From assembly GCA_965219085.1 (NCBI GenBank), contig OZ244720.1, forward strand, positions 480,001 through 544,000: a DNA stretch of 64,000 bases, in the 5' to 3' direction. This stretch comes from Dehalococcoidia bacterium. Lineage in GTDB: Bacteria; Chloroflexota; Dehalococcoidia; UBA2979. Below are positions 1-11,521 of this stretch, piece by piece (the first letter of the stretch is position 1; each line of letters begins with the position of its first letter). Below the pieces are notes generated by a model that searched no databases, was not told the origin of the DNA, and saw only the letters and a list, made by a program, of their open reading frames with translations. A program made the position numbers and the translations under genes.

Positions 1-244
1 CGCCGCCGTACTCCTGCGGCCAGTGCGGAGCGACCCAGTTGCGCGACGACATGGTGTCGGCCCACTCCTGCGCCGCGGCCTTCGCCTCGTCGCTGCCGTG
101 GGCCATGTCCTGCTGCCAGTCATCCTCGAGGGTGACGGCGTTCCAGACCCGCTTGTCCCTGTAGTACTGCGGCAGGTTCGAGTCGATGAACGAGCGCACG
201 TTCTCGCGGAACGCCGCCTGCTCTGCCGTGTCTTCCCAATCCAT
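1..244 (-). CDS. Acyl-CoA dehydrogenase family protein, 5' part (runs off window); close paralog of 410..1633
   Basis: Manual translation MDWEDTAEQAAFRENVRSFIDSNLPQYYRDKRVWNAVTLEDDWQQ...WVAPHWPQEYGG is nearly identical to the N-terminus of 410..1633; GAGGAGG SD upstream. Confidence 0.92.
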   Translation of the reverse strand, partial: MDWEDTAEQAAFRENVRSFIDSNLPQYYRDKRVWNAVTLEDDWQQDMAHGSDEAKAAAQEWADTMSSRNWVAPHWPQEYGG

Positions 245-361
245 GTGCTGCCTCCTCGTGTGCGCGTCGCGTCCCGCGTGCTTGCTGCGGGGGATTCTAC
301 CAGCCCTTTCGTTACGTCCCCGGCGGTCGGCCGAGCGCCTTCGGCGGCGGGCACACGCAAA

Positions 362-385
362 CGCGCCCCGGTTGCCCGGGGCGCG
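362..385 (-). terminator. Probable intrinsic terminator after the acyl-CoA dehydrogenase
   Basis: CGCGCCCCGG-ttgc-CCGGGGCGCG stem, followed by TTTGCGT on the minus strand, just downstream of the stop at 410. Confidence 0.6.
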
Positions 386-409
386 CTGCGTTGTGCGTGC
401 GAGGTGGGA

Positions 410-1633
410 CTAGCTGCGAGGCAGCGCCAGTCCGCGCGTCGCGATGATGTTGCGCTGGATCTCGTTCGAGCCGCCGAAGATCGTGAACACCACGCTGTGC
501 ACGTAGAGCTGCGTGAAGCGCGCGTCCAGCGGGGTCAGCTCGTGCGCGCGGTCCCAGATGTTCGCGTACAGGCCGAACGCCTTCATGCCGGTGTTCGCCG
601 TGCGCTGCGACAGCTCCGAGCTGAAGATCTTGGAGGTCGACGCCTCGTAGTTCGGCACCATGCCGCCCGCCTGCATCGAGATGATGCGGAACGAGAAGTT
701 GAACAGCACCTCGGACTCGATCCAGCGGTCGGCGATCGCCGACCGCGTGGTGCGCGCGCGGTCCTGCGTCCGCAGCTCGCCCTCGTCCGTGCCCATGTAG
801 TCGATGAGCGACTCCAGCCGCCGCCGCGTCTCGACCGCGCCGGCGATGTTGGAGCGCTCGAAGTCGAGCAGCGTCATGCCGACGTACCAGCCGCGGTTCT
901 CCTCGCCGATGACGTTGTTAGCGGGGACGTGTACGTCCTCGAAGAAGGTCTCGTTGGTGGCGTGCTCGAAGCCCATCGAGATGATCGGGCGTACCGAAAT
1001 GCCGTTGTCGGTCTGCGGCATGACCATGAAGCTGATGCCGCGGTGCTTCGGCGCGTCGGGGTCGGTGCGGAACAGCCCGAACAGCCAGTTGGACTTGTGG
1101 GCCGTGGAGGTCCACATCTTCTGGCCGTTGATGACGTACTCGTCGCCGTCGCGCACCGCGCGCGTCTGCAGCGAGGCGAGGTCTGAGCCGGCGCCCGGCT
1201 CGGAGAAGCCCTGCGACCACAGCATCTCGCCGCGCAGCGTCGGCGCCAGCAGGCGCTCCTTCTGCTCGTCGGTGCCGTGGATCAGCACCGTCGGACCCAT
1301 CAGCGAGAGGCCCTGCCCGCCGACCATGGGGGCCTCGGCCTCGGCCATCTCCATGTTGAAGATGAACTGCTCCATGGTGGTGAGGCCGGCGCCGCCGTAC
1401 GCCTGCGGCCAGTGCGGGGCGACCCAGCTGCGCTGCGACATGCGGTCGGACCACTCCTGCGCCGCGGTCTTCGCCTGGTCGCTGCCGTGGACCATGTCCA
1501 TCTGCCAGTCATCCTCGAGGGTGACGGCGTCCCACGCGCGCTTGTCCTTGTAGTACTGCGGCAGGTTCGAGTCGATGAACGACCGGACGTCATCGCGGAA
1601 CGTTGCCTGCTCTGCCGTGTCTGCCCAATCCAT
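410..1633 (-). CDS. Acyl-CoA dehydrogenase family protein
   Basis: WSQGFSEPGAGSDLASL, INGQKMWTS and TIFGGSNEIQRNIIA motifs. Confidence 0.95.
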   Translation of the reverse strand: MDWADTAEQATFRDDVRSFIDSNLPQYYKDKRAWDAVTLEDDWQMDMVHGSDQAKTAAQEWSDRMSQRSWVAPHWPQAYGGAGLTTMEQFIFNMEMAEAEAPMVGGQGLSLMGPTVLIHGTDEQKERLLAPTLRGEMLWSQGFSEPGAGSDLASLQTRAVRDGDEYVINGQKMWTSTAHKSNWLFGLFRTDPDAPKHRGISFMVMPQTDNGISVRPIISMGFEHATNETFFEDVHVPANNVIGEENRGWYVGMTLLDFERSNIAGAVETRRRLESLIDYMGTDEGELRTQDRARTTRSAIADRWIESEVLFNFSFRIISMQAGGMVPNYEASTSKIFSSELSQRTANTGMKAFGLYANIWDRAHELTPLDARFTQLYVHSVVFTIFGGSNEIQRNIIATRGLALPRS

Positions 1634-1730
1634 GTGTTGCCTCCTCGATGCGCGCGTGGCGTCCCCGCGTACTTGCTGCGGGGCAGTCTACCAAGCTTTC
1701 TTGTTACGTCTCCCCCGTCGCCGACCCTCG

Positions 1731-2372
1731 TCAGGCGGCGGTGATGAACTGGTGGAGCAGGTCGTAGACCTCCTCCTCCACACCCTGGAGACGGTGCCCC
1801 GTGCCCGGCAGGATCACCATGTGTTTCGGGTCCTTCGCGCGCTGGTAGATGTCGTCCGAGGCCAGCGGCAGCAGGACCTGGTCGTCCGCCCCGTGGATCA
1901 GCAGCAGCGGCTTGTTGAGCTGTTCGACCTCCTGTGTGCCGTAGCGCTGCGCGGCCAGCGCCGCCACGGCCGTGAGGAACGGGCTGAGCACGCCCGACTT
2001 GATCGCGACCGCCCCGGCGTACGAGTGCCCGACGACCACCGCCCGGCCGCCGCCGAGCCCCTTCAGCAGCGAGCACGCCGCGAGGACGTCGATCACGGTC
2101 TCCTCGAGCTCACCGCTGAGCCGCGGGTTGATGCGCAGCGAGGTCACGCCCTGCTCGACGAGGTCCTCCGCGAGGCGGGCGTAGACGCCCCCGGCGGGGC
2201 CCTCGGCGCCGACGAAGATCGCGCACTTCACGCTGCCCTCGCTCGGGTCCATGAGCGCGGTGAGCGGGCCGTGGTTCGTCTCGATGCTCAGCTCCAGGCG
2301 ATTGCCCTCGCCCGTCGGCTGCGCGGAGACCTGTTCGATGCGAACGACGATGTCGCCGTCCGGCTCGGCCAT
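1731..2372 (-). CDS. Alpha/beta hydrolase (dienelactone hydrolase-like)
   Basis: GHSYAG nucleophile elbow, LLIHGADD, terminal GH; start could be 2396. Confidence 0.85.
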   Translation of the reverse strand: MAEPDGDIVVRIEQVSAQPTGEGNRLELSIETNHGPLTALMDPSEGSVKCAIFVGAEGPAGGVYARLAEDLVEQGVTSLRINPRLSGELEETVIDVLAACSLLKGLGGGRAVVVGHSYAGAVAIKSGVLSPFLTAVAALAAQRYGTQEVEQLNKPLLLIHGADDQVLLPLASDDIYQRAKDPKHMVILPGTGHRLQGVEEEVYDLLHQFITAA

Positions 2373-2427
2373 GCTGCCGGATCCCTGGCTCACCATCGCT
2401 TGCCTCCCCGTGCTGGGGGCCTCGTCA

Positions 2428-3060
2428 TCATCGTCCCCGGCGGCCGAAGCGTTCGCGGAACTCCTCGGTGGTGTTCACGTGCGGGTACGGGTCGTCGGGC
2501 ACGGGCACGTCGAAGAACTCGCACAGCGGCCCCCAGCCACTGCCGGTCTCGTAGACTAGGAGCCGGTCCGGCGGGATCGTCGCCTTCACCTTCTCGGTGT
2601 GCGCCTCGTAGACGCCGATGACGTGGTCCTTGTCCTCCATGCGGTCGTCGAAGTTGGCTTCCCAGATCAACGAGTTCGCCCACTTCGCCCGCTCCCGCTC
2701 CGTCTCATCCTCGGCGGTCAGGCCCGAGGACGTGCTGAGGTGGATCGTGTTGCGGATGCTCGCGTACCAGCGCTCCGGGTCGCGCACGCTGAGCAGCACC
2801 TTCGACTCCGGGTAGTGCTCGGACAGCTCCTCCCAGAAGTCGCACGCGGGCCAGTCGACCGAGGCCTTGAAGCCCTCGAAGAGGGCATCCCAGTCGACGG
2901 GCTCGCCGCGCCGGGCCGCCGACCACTGGTCGCGGTGGTCCGGATAGTTACCGACTTCGAGCATGTGGTAGCACTTGTCGAAGCCGATCTGCTCCAGCGC
3001 GTGCTTCAGCGAGAGCGTGCCCGTGCGGCCGAAGCCCGCGCCGACGATATCCAGCGCCAC
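2428..3060 (-). CDS. Sulfotransferase family protein (P-loop type)
   Basis: VGAGFGRTGTLSLKHAL, CYHM, VDWP, GWGPLCEF and PYPHVN motifs. Confidence 0.9.
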   Translation of the reverse strand: MALDIVGAGFGRTGTLSLKHALEQIGFDKCYHMLEVGNYPDHRDQWSAARRGEPVDWDALFEGFKASVDWPACDFWEELSEHYPESKVLLSVRDPERWYASIRNTIHLSTSSGLTAEDETERERAKWANSLIWEANFDDRMEDKDHVIGVYEAHTEKVKATIPPDRLLVYETGSGWGPLCEFFDVPVPDDPYPHVNTTEEFRERFGRRGR

Positions 3061-3067
3061 GGAGCCG

Positions 3068-4168
3068 CTACGCCTCGACCGTGGCGCCGACGCGTTCGAA
3101 GCAGTCCAGCGCCTCCTCGGCGAGGCCGTAGACGACGTCGGCGGCGGGCCGGATGGCGTGGATGCCGACGGCGCTCTGGCCGGCCGGGGTGGTCATCCAC
3201 TCCTCCATCTTGCCGTCCTTGATGCCGTCGAGGATGTCCCCGACGAGCATGCCCTGCAGCGGCATCGGCAGCGGGTCCGGCGCGTCGGGCTGCTTCCACG
3301 CGTCCGACCAGCGCGAGGGCAGCTGGCGGACCGGCTTGCCGGACATCGCGCGTGACTGGATCGGGTCCTCGGCGCGCGCCTCGATCAGGCGCTGCTTGAG
3401 GAACATCTCGGTCTCCGACTCGTGTGTGGCGAGCCAGATCGTGCCCGTCCAGACGCCGGCGGCGCCCATGGTCAGCGTGGCTGCGAGCTGCTTGCCGTTG
3501 TTGATGCCGCCCGCGGCGAGCACGAGCGAGTTCGAGCCCTTCGCCATCTCGACCACCTCAGGCACGAGCGTGAAGGTGCCGACGGTGCCGCTGTGGCCGC
3601 CCGAGTCGTAGCCCTGCGCGACGATCACGTCGACGCCGGCGTCGACCTGGCGCTGCGCCTGGCGTGGCAGGCCGACCAGACCCCACACCTTCATCCCCGC
3701 CTCGTGCGCGCGTTCGAGGATGAACGCGGGGCTGCCGAGGCCGGACACGAAGATCGGCACCTGCTCCTCGAAGAGGACCTCAAGCGAGGTGCGCGAGCGT
3801 TCGAGCAGGTCGTGGCTGCTGGGCCTGGATTCGTTGGGGTCGGGGTCGGGGATGCCGTGCTCGTCCTTGAGGTTCTGGATGAACGCCCGGTGCTCGTCCG
3901 GGATCATCTCCTCGAGGTCCTCGAGGTTGCCCTGGACGAAGGACGCCGGCACGAGCAGGTCGATGCCGAACGGCTTGTCGCCGACCTTGTCGCGGATCCA
4001 GCGGATGTCGGAGCGCAGCTCGTCGGGCGTCAGGCTCGTCGCGCCGAGGACGCCGATGCCGCCGGCGTTGCTGACGGCGGCGATGACGTCCTTGGTGTGG
4101 GCGAACGCGACGACCGGCAACTCGGCGCCGTACTCCTCGCACAGTCTCGAATGCAGTGGGTTACTCAT
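3068..4168 (-). CDS. Nitronate monooxygenase / FabK-like flavoprotein
   Basis: AAVSNAGGIGVLG, AQGYDSGGHSG, LAAGGI and GAAGVWTGT motifs. Confidence 0.9.
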   Translation of the reverse strand: MSNPLHSRLCEEYGAELPVVAFAHTKDVIAAVSNAGGIGVLGATSLTPDELRSDIRWIRDKVGDKPFGIDLLVPASFVQGNLEDLEEMIPDEHRAFIQNLKDEHGIPDPDPNESRPSSHDLLERSRTSLEVLFEEQVPIFVSGLGSPAFILERAHEAGMKVWGLVGLPRQAQRQVDAGVDVIVAQGYDSGGHSGTVGTFTLVPEVVEMAKGSNSLVLAAGGINNGKQLAATLTMGAAGVWTGTIWLATHESETEMFLKQRLIEARAEDPIQSRAMSGKPVRQLPSRWSDAWKQPDAPDPLPMPLQGMLVGDILDGIKDGKMEEWMTTPAGQSAVGIHAIRPAADVVYGLAEEALDCFERVGATVEA

Positions 4169-4312
4169 CGGGGGTCTCCTTTCGGTCAAGGCGGAGTCTA
4201 GGGGAAATCGAGCAGGCGGTGGCGGCCGGGGTCACATCCCCCGCGCCCGACGATGCGAGATACCCTCGACACGCGGCGGTCGAGGCGTCACGGGAGAGCG
4301 GGAGCGAGCGAT

Positions 4313-6268
<1,956 letters not shown>

Positions 6269-6281
6269 GAAGCCGGATGCG

Positions 6282-6308
6282 GTCTGCGGGGGCATTGCCC
6301 CCGCAGAC
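6282..6308. terminator. Perfect 13-bp inverted repeat between convergent genes; possible bidirectional terminator
   Basis: GTCTGCGGGGGCA-t-TGCCCCCGCAGAC; no clear U-tract. Confidence 0.5.
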
Positions 6309-6337
6309 GATCTATCATGGGTTGTATTAGCGTGAGC

Positions 6338-6457
6338 TTAGTCCAGCGTAGTGATGTTCACTATCGTGATGTCCACTGTAGTGTTGATAACGACTGAAAC
6401 CCGCAATAGTAGTGCAGCTAAGACAGCGCCACAAAGTAATCGAGCAGTTGTGTACAT
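6338..6457 (-). CDS. Small 39-aa hydrophobic peptide (type I toxin-like candidate)
   Basis: AGAAAGGAGG SD then ATG; MYTTARLLCGAVLAALLLRVSVVINTTVDITIVNITTLD; low-GC islet; TATCAT -10 about 105 nt upstream. Confidence 0.55.
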   Translation of the reverse strand: MYTTARLLCGAVLAALLLRVSVVINTTVDITIVNITTLD

Positions 6458-6694
6458 TGTGTTCCTCCTTTCTGGCGTCGGCGGGCGTCTGGCTCGACGC
6501 CCGGTGCTGATGCAGCGTCGAGGGCGACGGGTCGGACCCACGCCAAGTTCCGACCACGGACATGATACTACGGCGGCGAGACAGGGGTCATCGGAAGCCG
6601 TGACTAAGAGCGCGGGAAGCCGCACCGCGTCGGTTATCTCTGGCCACGCGCGCGGCGACCGGGCCGTACTGGGACAGCGCGCTAGGATTCGTAT

Positions 6695-8044
6695 ATGAGC
6701 CGCTCGTCTGCCGGCCCGGCCGCCGAAGAGCCACCACCCGTGCCGCCCACCGCGAGGCGGCGAGGCGTGTTCTGGGGCTGGTGGCTCGTCATCGGCGCGA
6801 CCGTCGGGCAGTTCGTGGCCCTGGGCTCCTCCGGCGGGATTGCCGGCGTCTTCCTGCGCCCGATGACCGAGGACCTCGGCTGGACCGCCGCCGAGTACAC
6901 CCTCGGCGGCTCGGCCGCGTTCCTGCTCGGGGGCGCCATCGGCGTCGTGGTCGGGCAACTCGTCGACCGCTACGGCGCGCGGCCGCTGATGCTGGTTGGC
7001 GCGTTCGTCTATGTCGGCTCGTTCCTCGCCATGGCGCGCGTCGAGGTGCTGTGGCAGTTCGTCGTGCTCTCGATGCTGTCAGGGGGCGCGGGCTACACGC
7101 TGGTCGGGCCGCTCGTCGTCAACGCGGCGCTCGCGAAGTGGTTCGTCGTGCGGCGCGGCTGGGCGATCGCGCTGGGCTCCTCGGGCATCTCGCTCGCGGG
7201 GCTGATCATGCCTGTCACGATGACGCGTGTCGTCGACTCGATCGGGTGGCGCGACGCCTACGTGATCCTCGCCGTGTTCGTGTTCGCGATCCTGGCGCCG
7301 GTCGCGCTCGTCATGCGGAGGCAGCCCGAGGACTACGGGCTGCTGCCGGACGGGCTCGACCCCGACGCCGAGGCAGGCGTCGATGCCGAGGCGGTCGAGG
7401 CGCAGGAGCGCGACGCCGCCAACTCCTACACGCGCGGCGAGGCGCTGCGCACGCCCGCGATCTGGCTGCTCATCGCCGGCTTCGGGCTGAACATCATGGC
7501 GCTGACGGCGATCCTCGTACACGCCATCCCGTTCCTCACCGACCACGGGTTCACGCGCACCGAGGCCGCGCTGGCGATCGCCGTCAACGGGGGCGCCAAC
7601 CTCGGCTCGAAGTTCGTGTGGGGCTACTTCCTGCAGCGCGTCAACGTCCGCTACCTGGGTGCGACGGCGCTGTCGATCTCGGCGATGGGGGTGGTGCTCA
7701 TGCTGGTTTCGGGGGAGGCGGGCGCGCTGCCGCTGATGTTCTTCGCGTTTTTCTGCTGGGGCTTCGGCTTCGGCGGCACGATACCGGTGAGCGAGTTCAT
7801 CTGGGCGAAGTACTTCGGGCGCGTGCACATCGGGGCGGTGCGAGGGGTAGGCGTGCCGTTCACCATCGTGTTTGGGGCGCTGGGCCCGATCCTCGCGGGC
7901 CTCTACTTCGACGCAGCCGGGTCGTACGGGGGCGTGTTCGCGTTCTTCGTCGCTGCATACCTCACGGGTGCGCTGGCGATTCTCGCCTCGCGCGAGCCAC
8001 CGCCGAAGCCGGTCCCGGCAGTGGCTACGGGTGACGCCGCCTAG
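6695..8044 (+). CDS. MFS transporter (OFA/YhjX-like)
   Basis: About 12 TM segments, GQLVDRYGAR motif A, RRQPEDYGLLPDG loop, KYFGR. Confidence 0.92.
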   Translation: MSRSSAGPAAEEPPPVPPTARRRGVFWGWWLVIGATVGQFVALGSSGGIAGVFLRPMTEDLGWTAAEYTLGGSAAFLLGGAIGVVVGQLVDRYGARPLMLVGAFVYVGSFLAMARVEVLWQFVVLSMLSGGAGYTLVGPLVVNAALAKWFVVRRGWAIALGSSGISLAGLIMPVTMTRVVDSIGWRDAYVILAVFVFAILAPVALVMRRQPEDYGLLPDGLDPDAEAGVDAEAVEAQERDAANSYTRGEALRTPAIWLLIAGFGLNIMALTAILVHAIPFLTDHGFTRTEAALAIAVNGGANLGSKFVWGYFLQRVNVRYLGATALSISAMGVVLMLVSGEAGALPLMFFAFFCWGFGFGGTIPVSEFIWAKYFGRVHIGAVRGVGVPFTIVFGALGPILAGLYFDAAGSYGGVFAFFVAAYLTGALAILASREPPPKPVPAVATGDAA

Positions 8045-8834
8045 CGCGACAGCACCTCGTCGAAGAACGCGTCGACGCGCGCGTTGAACACCTCGGGCAT
8101 CTCCCAGTACAGCGAGTGGCCAGCCTCCGGCACACGCTCGATGCGCGAGCCGCGCACGCGCTGCTGCGCCGCGGCCGTGACCTCGATCGGTATGACCCCG
8201 TCCTCCTCGCCGGCGAGGAACAGTACCGGCGCCTCGAGCCGCGCGAGGTCCCCGACGGGGATCGCGCCGTCCTCGATCGAGTACGTGCTGGGCAGGTTGA
8301 GCGGGGGGTTGCCGAGCGTACCTGCTGGTAGAGGAAGACGCCCTCGGGGTGCTCGTCCTTGAAGCGCTGCCCGACCATCGTGGTCTGCTCGGCGGCCGGC
8401 CCGGCCGGATCGATCTGGCTGAGGCCCTCCCAGTGCTTGCGCGCCCGCGCAACGAGGTCCTCGTCGCCGACGCCGAGGAAGGTGTTGGCCATGACCAGTG
8501 CCCACACGCGCTCCGGGTGCGTGCCGGCAAAGGTCATGCCCGTGAACCCGCCCATCGATTGCGCCACGATCGCCGTCGACGCGATGCCGAGGTGGTCGAG
8601 GAGTTCCTCGAGGTCGCGGCGGTACGCGCGCATGGTCTCGCCGGAGTGGTCGAGGCTCTGGCCGAAGCCGCGGTGGTCGATCGTGATGCAGCGGTAGCGA
8701 CGCGAGAAGTGCGGGACCTGCTGCCACCAGCTCATGTGGTTCCCGCCCGCGCCGTGCGCGAAGACGATGGCGCGATCGCCATCGCCACCATCCTCGTAGT
8801 ACAGCTCGCCGCCGGTCACCGGGAGCATGGGCAT
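8041..8834 (-). pseudogene. Alpha/beta hydrolase with a single frameshift near 8318 (pseudogene or sequence error)
   Basis: N-half (FAHGAGGN, DHRGFGQS, AQSMGG) is in ORF 8025..8834; C-half (LFLAGEED, EAGHSLYWE) is in ORF 8041..8865. Confidence 0.8.
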
Positions 8835-8953
8835 CGCAGACCTCCCCGCGGGGTATACCCCGCATCCCAGAGCGATGGTGCCACGTGCGCAGCCTACCCC
8901 GTTATGGGCTCGCGTCGTGGTACCGTCACGCGAGGCACCGAAGGGGGAGCACG

Positions 8954-9814
8954 ATGACGAGCGAGCCGGACACCAGCACCTGGAAGAAGACGCCCGATGG
9001 GATCGCGATCCCGCCGCCCTCGCCCGACGACGTGCTCTACGAGGCCGCCGACGGCGTGGCGAAGATCACGCTCAACCGCCCGATCGTGCTCAACGCGATC
9101 AACAAGAACGTGACGCGGCTCCTCGATGGGGCGCTCGACCAGGCCGAGGCCGACGAGGACGTGCGCGCGGTGATCCTCACCGGCGCCGGCCGCGCCTTCT
9201 CGGCGGGTGGCGACCTGTGGGCCTCGCTCTACCCGGACGACGACCCCGCGCCGGACGCACTCGACGTGCAGCTGCGCATCTGGTCGTTCGACAAGCCGGT
9301 GATCGCGGCCGTGCGCGGCCACGCGGTCGGGCAGGCGTGCGAGCTGGCCGGGGTGTGCGACTTCACGATCGCGGCGGAGAGCGCGCGGCTTGGCGAGATC
9401 CAGATTCGCCACGGCTTCGGCGTGCCCGTGCTGATCACCCCCTACATCACCGGCCAGAAGCAGGCCAAGGAGGTGATGCTGCTGGGCGAGGTGATCCTGC
9501 CCCAGGACGCGCTGCGCATGGGCCTCGTCAATCGCGTCGTGCCCGACGACGAGTTGGACGAGGCGGCGATGGAGATGGCGCGCAAGCTCGCGGCGCTGCC
9601 GCCGGTGGCGGTGCGGCTCAACAAGCGCCTCGTGAACCTCGTGTACGAGCAGATGGGGCTCATCGACGCCGTGCGCTACCGCGACAACGAAGCGCTGCGG
9701 GAGCTGCTCGAGGCCGACGACACCGTCGGCGCGGGACGGCAGCGCATTCGGGAGGAGCAGGGCTGGGCCGCGTTCAAGCGCGAGCGCGACCGCGGATACG
9801 AGCAGTCCGGCTAG
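8954..9814 (+). CDS. Enoyl-CoA hydratase/isomerase (crotonase) family
   Basis: ITLNRP, GAGRAFSAGGDL, KPVIAAVRG, GLVNRVVP; SD AAGGGGGAG. Confidence 0.92.
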   Translation: MTSEPDTSTWKKTPDGIAIPPPSPDDVLYEAADGVAKITLNRPIVLNAINKNVTRLLDGALDQAEADEDVRAVILTGAGRAFSAGGDLWASLYPDDDPAPDALDVQLRIWSFDKPVIAAVRGHAVGQACELAGVCDFTIAAESARLGEIQIRHGFGVPVLITPYITGQKQAKEVMLLGEVILPQDALRMGLVNRVVPDDELDEAAMEMARKLAALPPVAVRLNKRLVNLVYEQMGLIDAVRYRDNEALRELLEADDTVGAGRQRIREEQGWAAFKRERDRGYEQSG

Positions 9815-9909
9815 CAAGAACGCCCAGGCGCCCGCGCGGTGGCGCGGAGCGGTCGCGGCGCTAGAATAGCCCGCGCAATGCCCACGGGCGCCAACAAGGA
9901 GGCTGCCGC

Positions 9910-11403
9910 ATCGCCAGCACATACTCACCGGTAGCCGTCGACCACCAACTCGACCCCATCTTCAACCCGCGAGGGGTCGCCGTCGTCGGCGTTTCGACGC
10001 GGCCAGGGCCCGACGGGCGCATGGGGGGCATCTTCCTCAACGCGCTGCTCGAACAGGGGTACCAGCACGAGCACGGCCTCTACGCCGTGAACCCGAAGAT
10101 GACCGAAGTGCGGGGCGTCACCTGCTACCCGAGCCTCCTCGCCTGCCCCGACCCGGTTGACCACGTCATCTCGCAGATCCCCTCCGAGGGGCTCCCCGAG
10201 TTGGTCGAGCAGTGCATCGCGAAGGGCGTGCGCTCGCTCCACTCGTTCACGGCGGGCCTCGCCGAGACGGGCGACCCGCAGCTCGTCGCGCAGGAGCGCG
10301 ATATGGTGCAGCGCGCCAACGCTGCCGGGATGCGCCTGATCGGCCCGAACTGCATGGGGCTGTACGTCCCCGGCGTGGGCCTCGGCTTCAACCCGCGCTC
10401 GCCGAGTGAGCCGGGCAACGTGTTCTTGCTCTCGCAGTCGGGCGCCAACGCCGGCGGGATCATCGACGGCCTCGGGCGGCGCGGGCTGCGCTTCTCCAAG
10501 GGCGTCTCCTACGGCAATGCCGCCGACCTCAAGTCGCACGATTTCCTCGACTACGCGCTGCACGACCCGCAGACCGAGCTCATCGTCGCCTACGTCGAGG
10601 GGCCTCGTAACGGCCGCGCGTTCTTCGATGCCCTCAAGAAGCTGGCGCGCGTGAAGCCGACGATCGTGCTCAAGGGCGGCATCACCGACGATGGCGCGCG
10701 CGCCGCGAACTCGCACACCGGCTCGCTCGCCGGCTCCATCGACGTCTTCGACGCCGTCTGCCGGCAGGCCGGGGCGGTGCGCGCGCGCACGCTCGAGGAC
10801 CTGCTCGACCTCGCCGTGGCCATGACCACGGACATGCGCTACCTGCTGGGCAACAAGGTCACGCTCGTCGGCGCGGGCGGCGGCTTCGCCGTGCTCTCCA
10901 CCGACCAGATGGCCATGGAGGGCCTCACGGTGCCGTGGCTGCCCGAAGCGACCCAGGAGCAACTGCGGGAGATCATCCCCATCGCCGGGACGAGCATCCG
11001 CAACCCCGTCGACGCCAACTTCGGGCGCGACCACCCGATGGACTTCAGCAGCGACACCGGCCTCACGAGGCGCGTGTTCCAGTCGATCGCCGCGGCGCAC
11101 TCGACCGACCTCGTGCTCACGACCGTCGGTACGCGCTGGTACCCCGGCCAGGACCACTCGGACGCGGCACGCCAGGAGCAGCTCTCGCTGACCGCCGAGG
11201 AACTCTCGCTCATCTCGCGCGAACACCAGGTGCCGATGGCGCTGATCCTGCGCGAGGCGAGGCTGGAGGACGCGGGCGATTTCGTGCACGACCACGGCGT
11301 CGCGTCGTTCCCGTCGATCGAGCGCGCGGCGCGCGCCGCCGCGACGATCCTCGAGTGGAAGCGACGGCGCGAGGGGTTGCCGGACTTCTTCACGTACAAC
11401 TAG
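9910..11403 (+). CDS. Acyl-CoA synthetase (NDP-forming) alpha subunit / CoA-binding protein; probable ATC start
   Basis: In-frame LDPIFNPRGVAVVGVS lies upstream of the ORF-track Met; GPNCMG, SQSG, SYGNAAD, SHTGSLAG (phospho-His), NPVD. Confidence 0.88.
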   Translation: MASTYSPVAVDHQLDPIFNPRGVAVVGVSTRPGPDGRMGGIFLNALLEQGYQHEHGLYAVNPKMTEVRGVTCYPSLLACPDPVDHVISQIPSEGLPELVEQCIAKGVRSLHSFTAGLAETGDPQLVAQERDMVQRANAAGMRLIGPNCMGLYVPGVGLGFNPRSPSEPGNVFLLSQSGANAGGIIDGLGRRGLRFSKGVSYGNAADLKSHDFLDYALHDPQTELIVAYVEGPRNGRAFFDALKKLARVKPTIVLKGGITDDGARAANSHTGSLAGSIDVFDAVCRQAGAVRARTLEDLLDLAVAMTTDMRYLLGNKVTLVGAGGGFAVLSTDQMAMEGLTVPWLPEATQEQLREIIPIAGTSIRNPVDANFGRDHPMDFSSDTGLTRRVFQSIAAAHSTDLVLTTVGTRWYPGQDHSDAARQEQLSLTAEELSLISREHQVPMALILREARLEDAGDFVHDHGVASFPSIERAARAAATILEWKRRREGLPDFFTYN

Positions 11404-11521
11404 CGGTCCACGGGGAGCGGCCGCCCGCGATGCGCCGGGCCGCGGGCCCGGCGCGGCGCTGGCGTGCGTTGTGAGAACATAGACAGCCGCTACGCCGCAC
11501 ACCCACCGCACACGGGAGACC

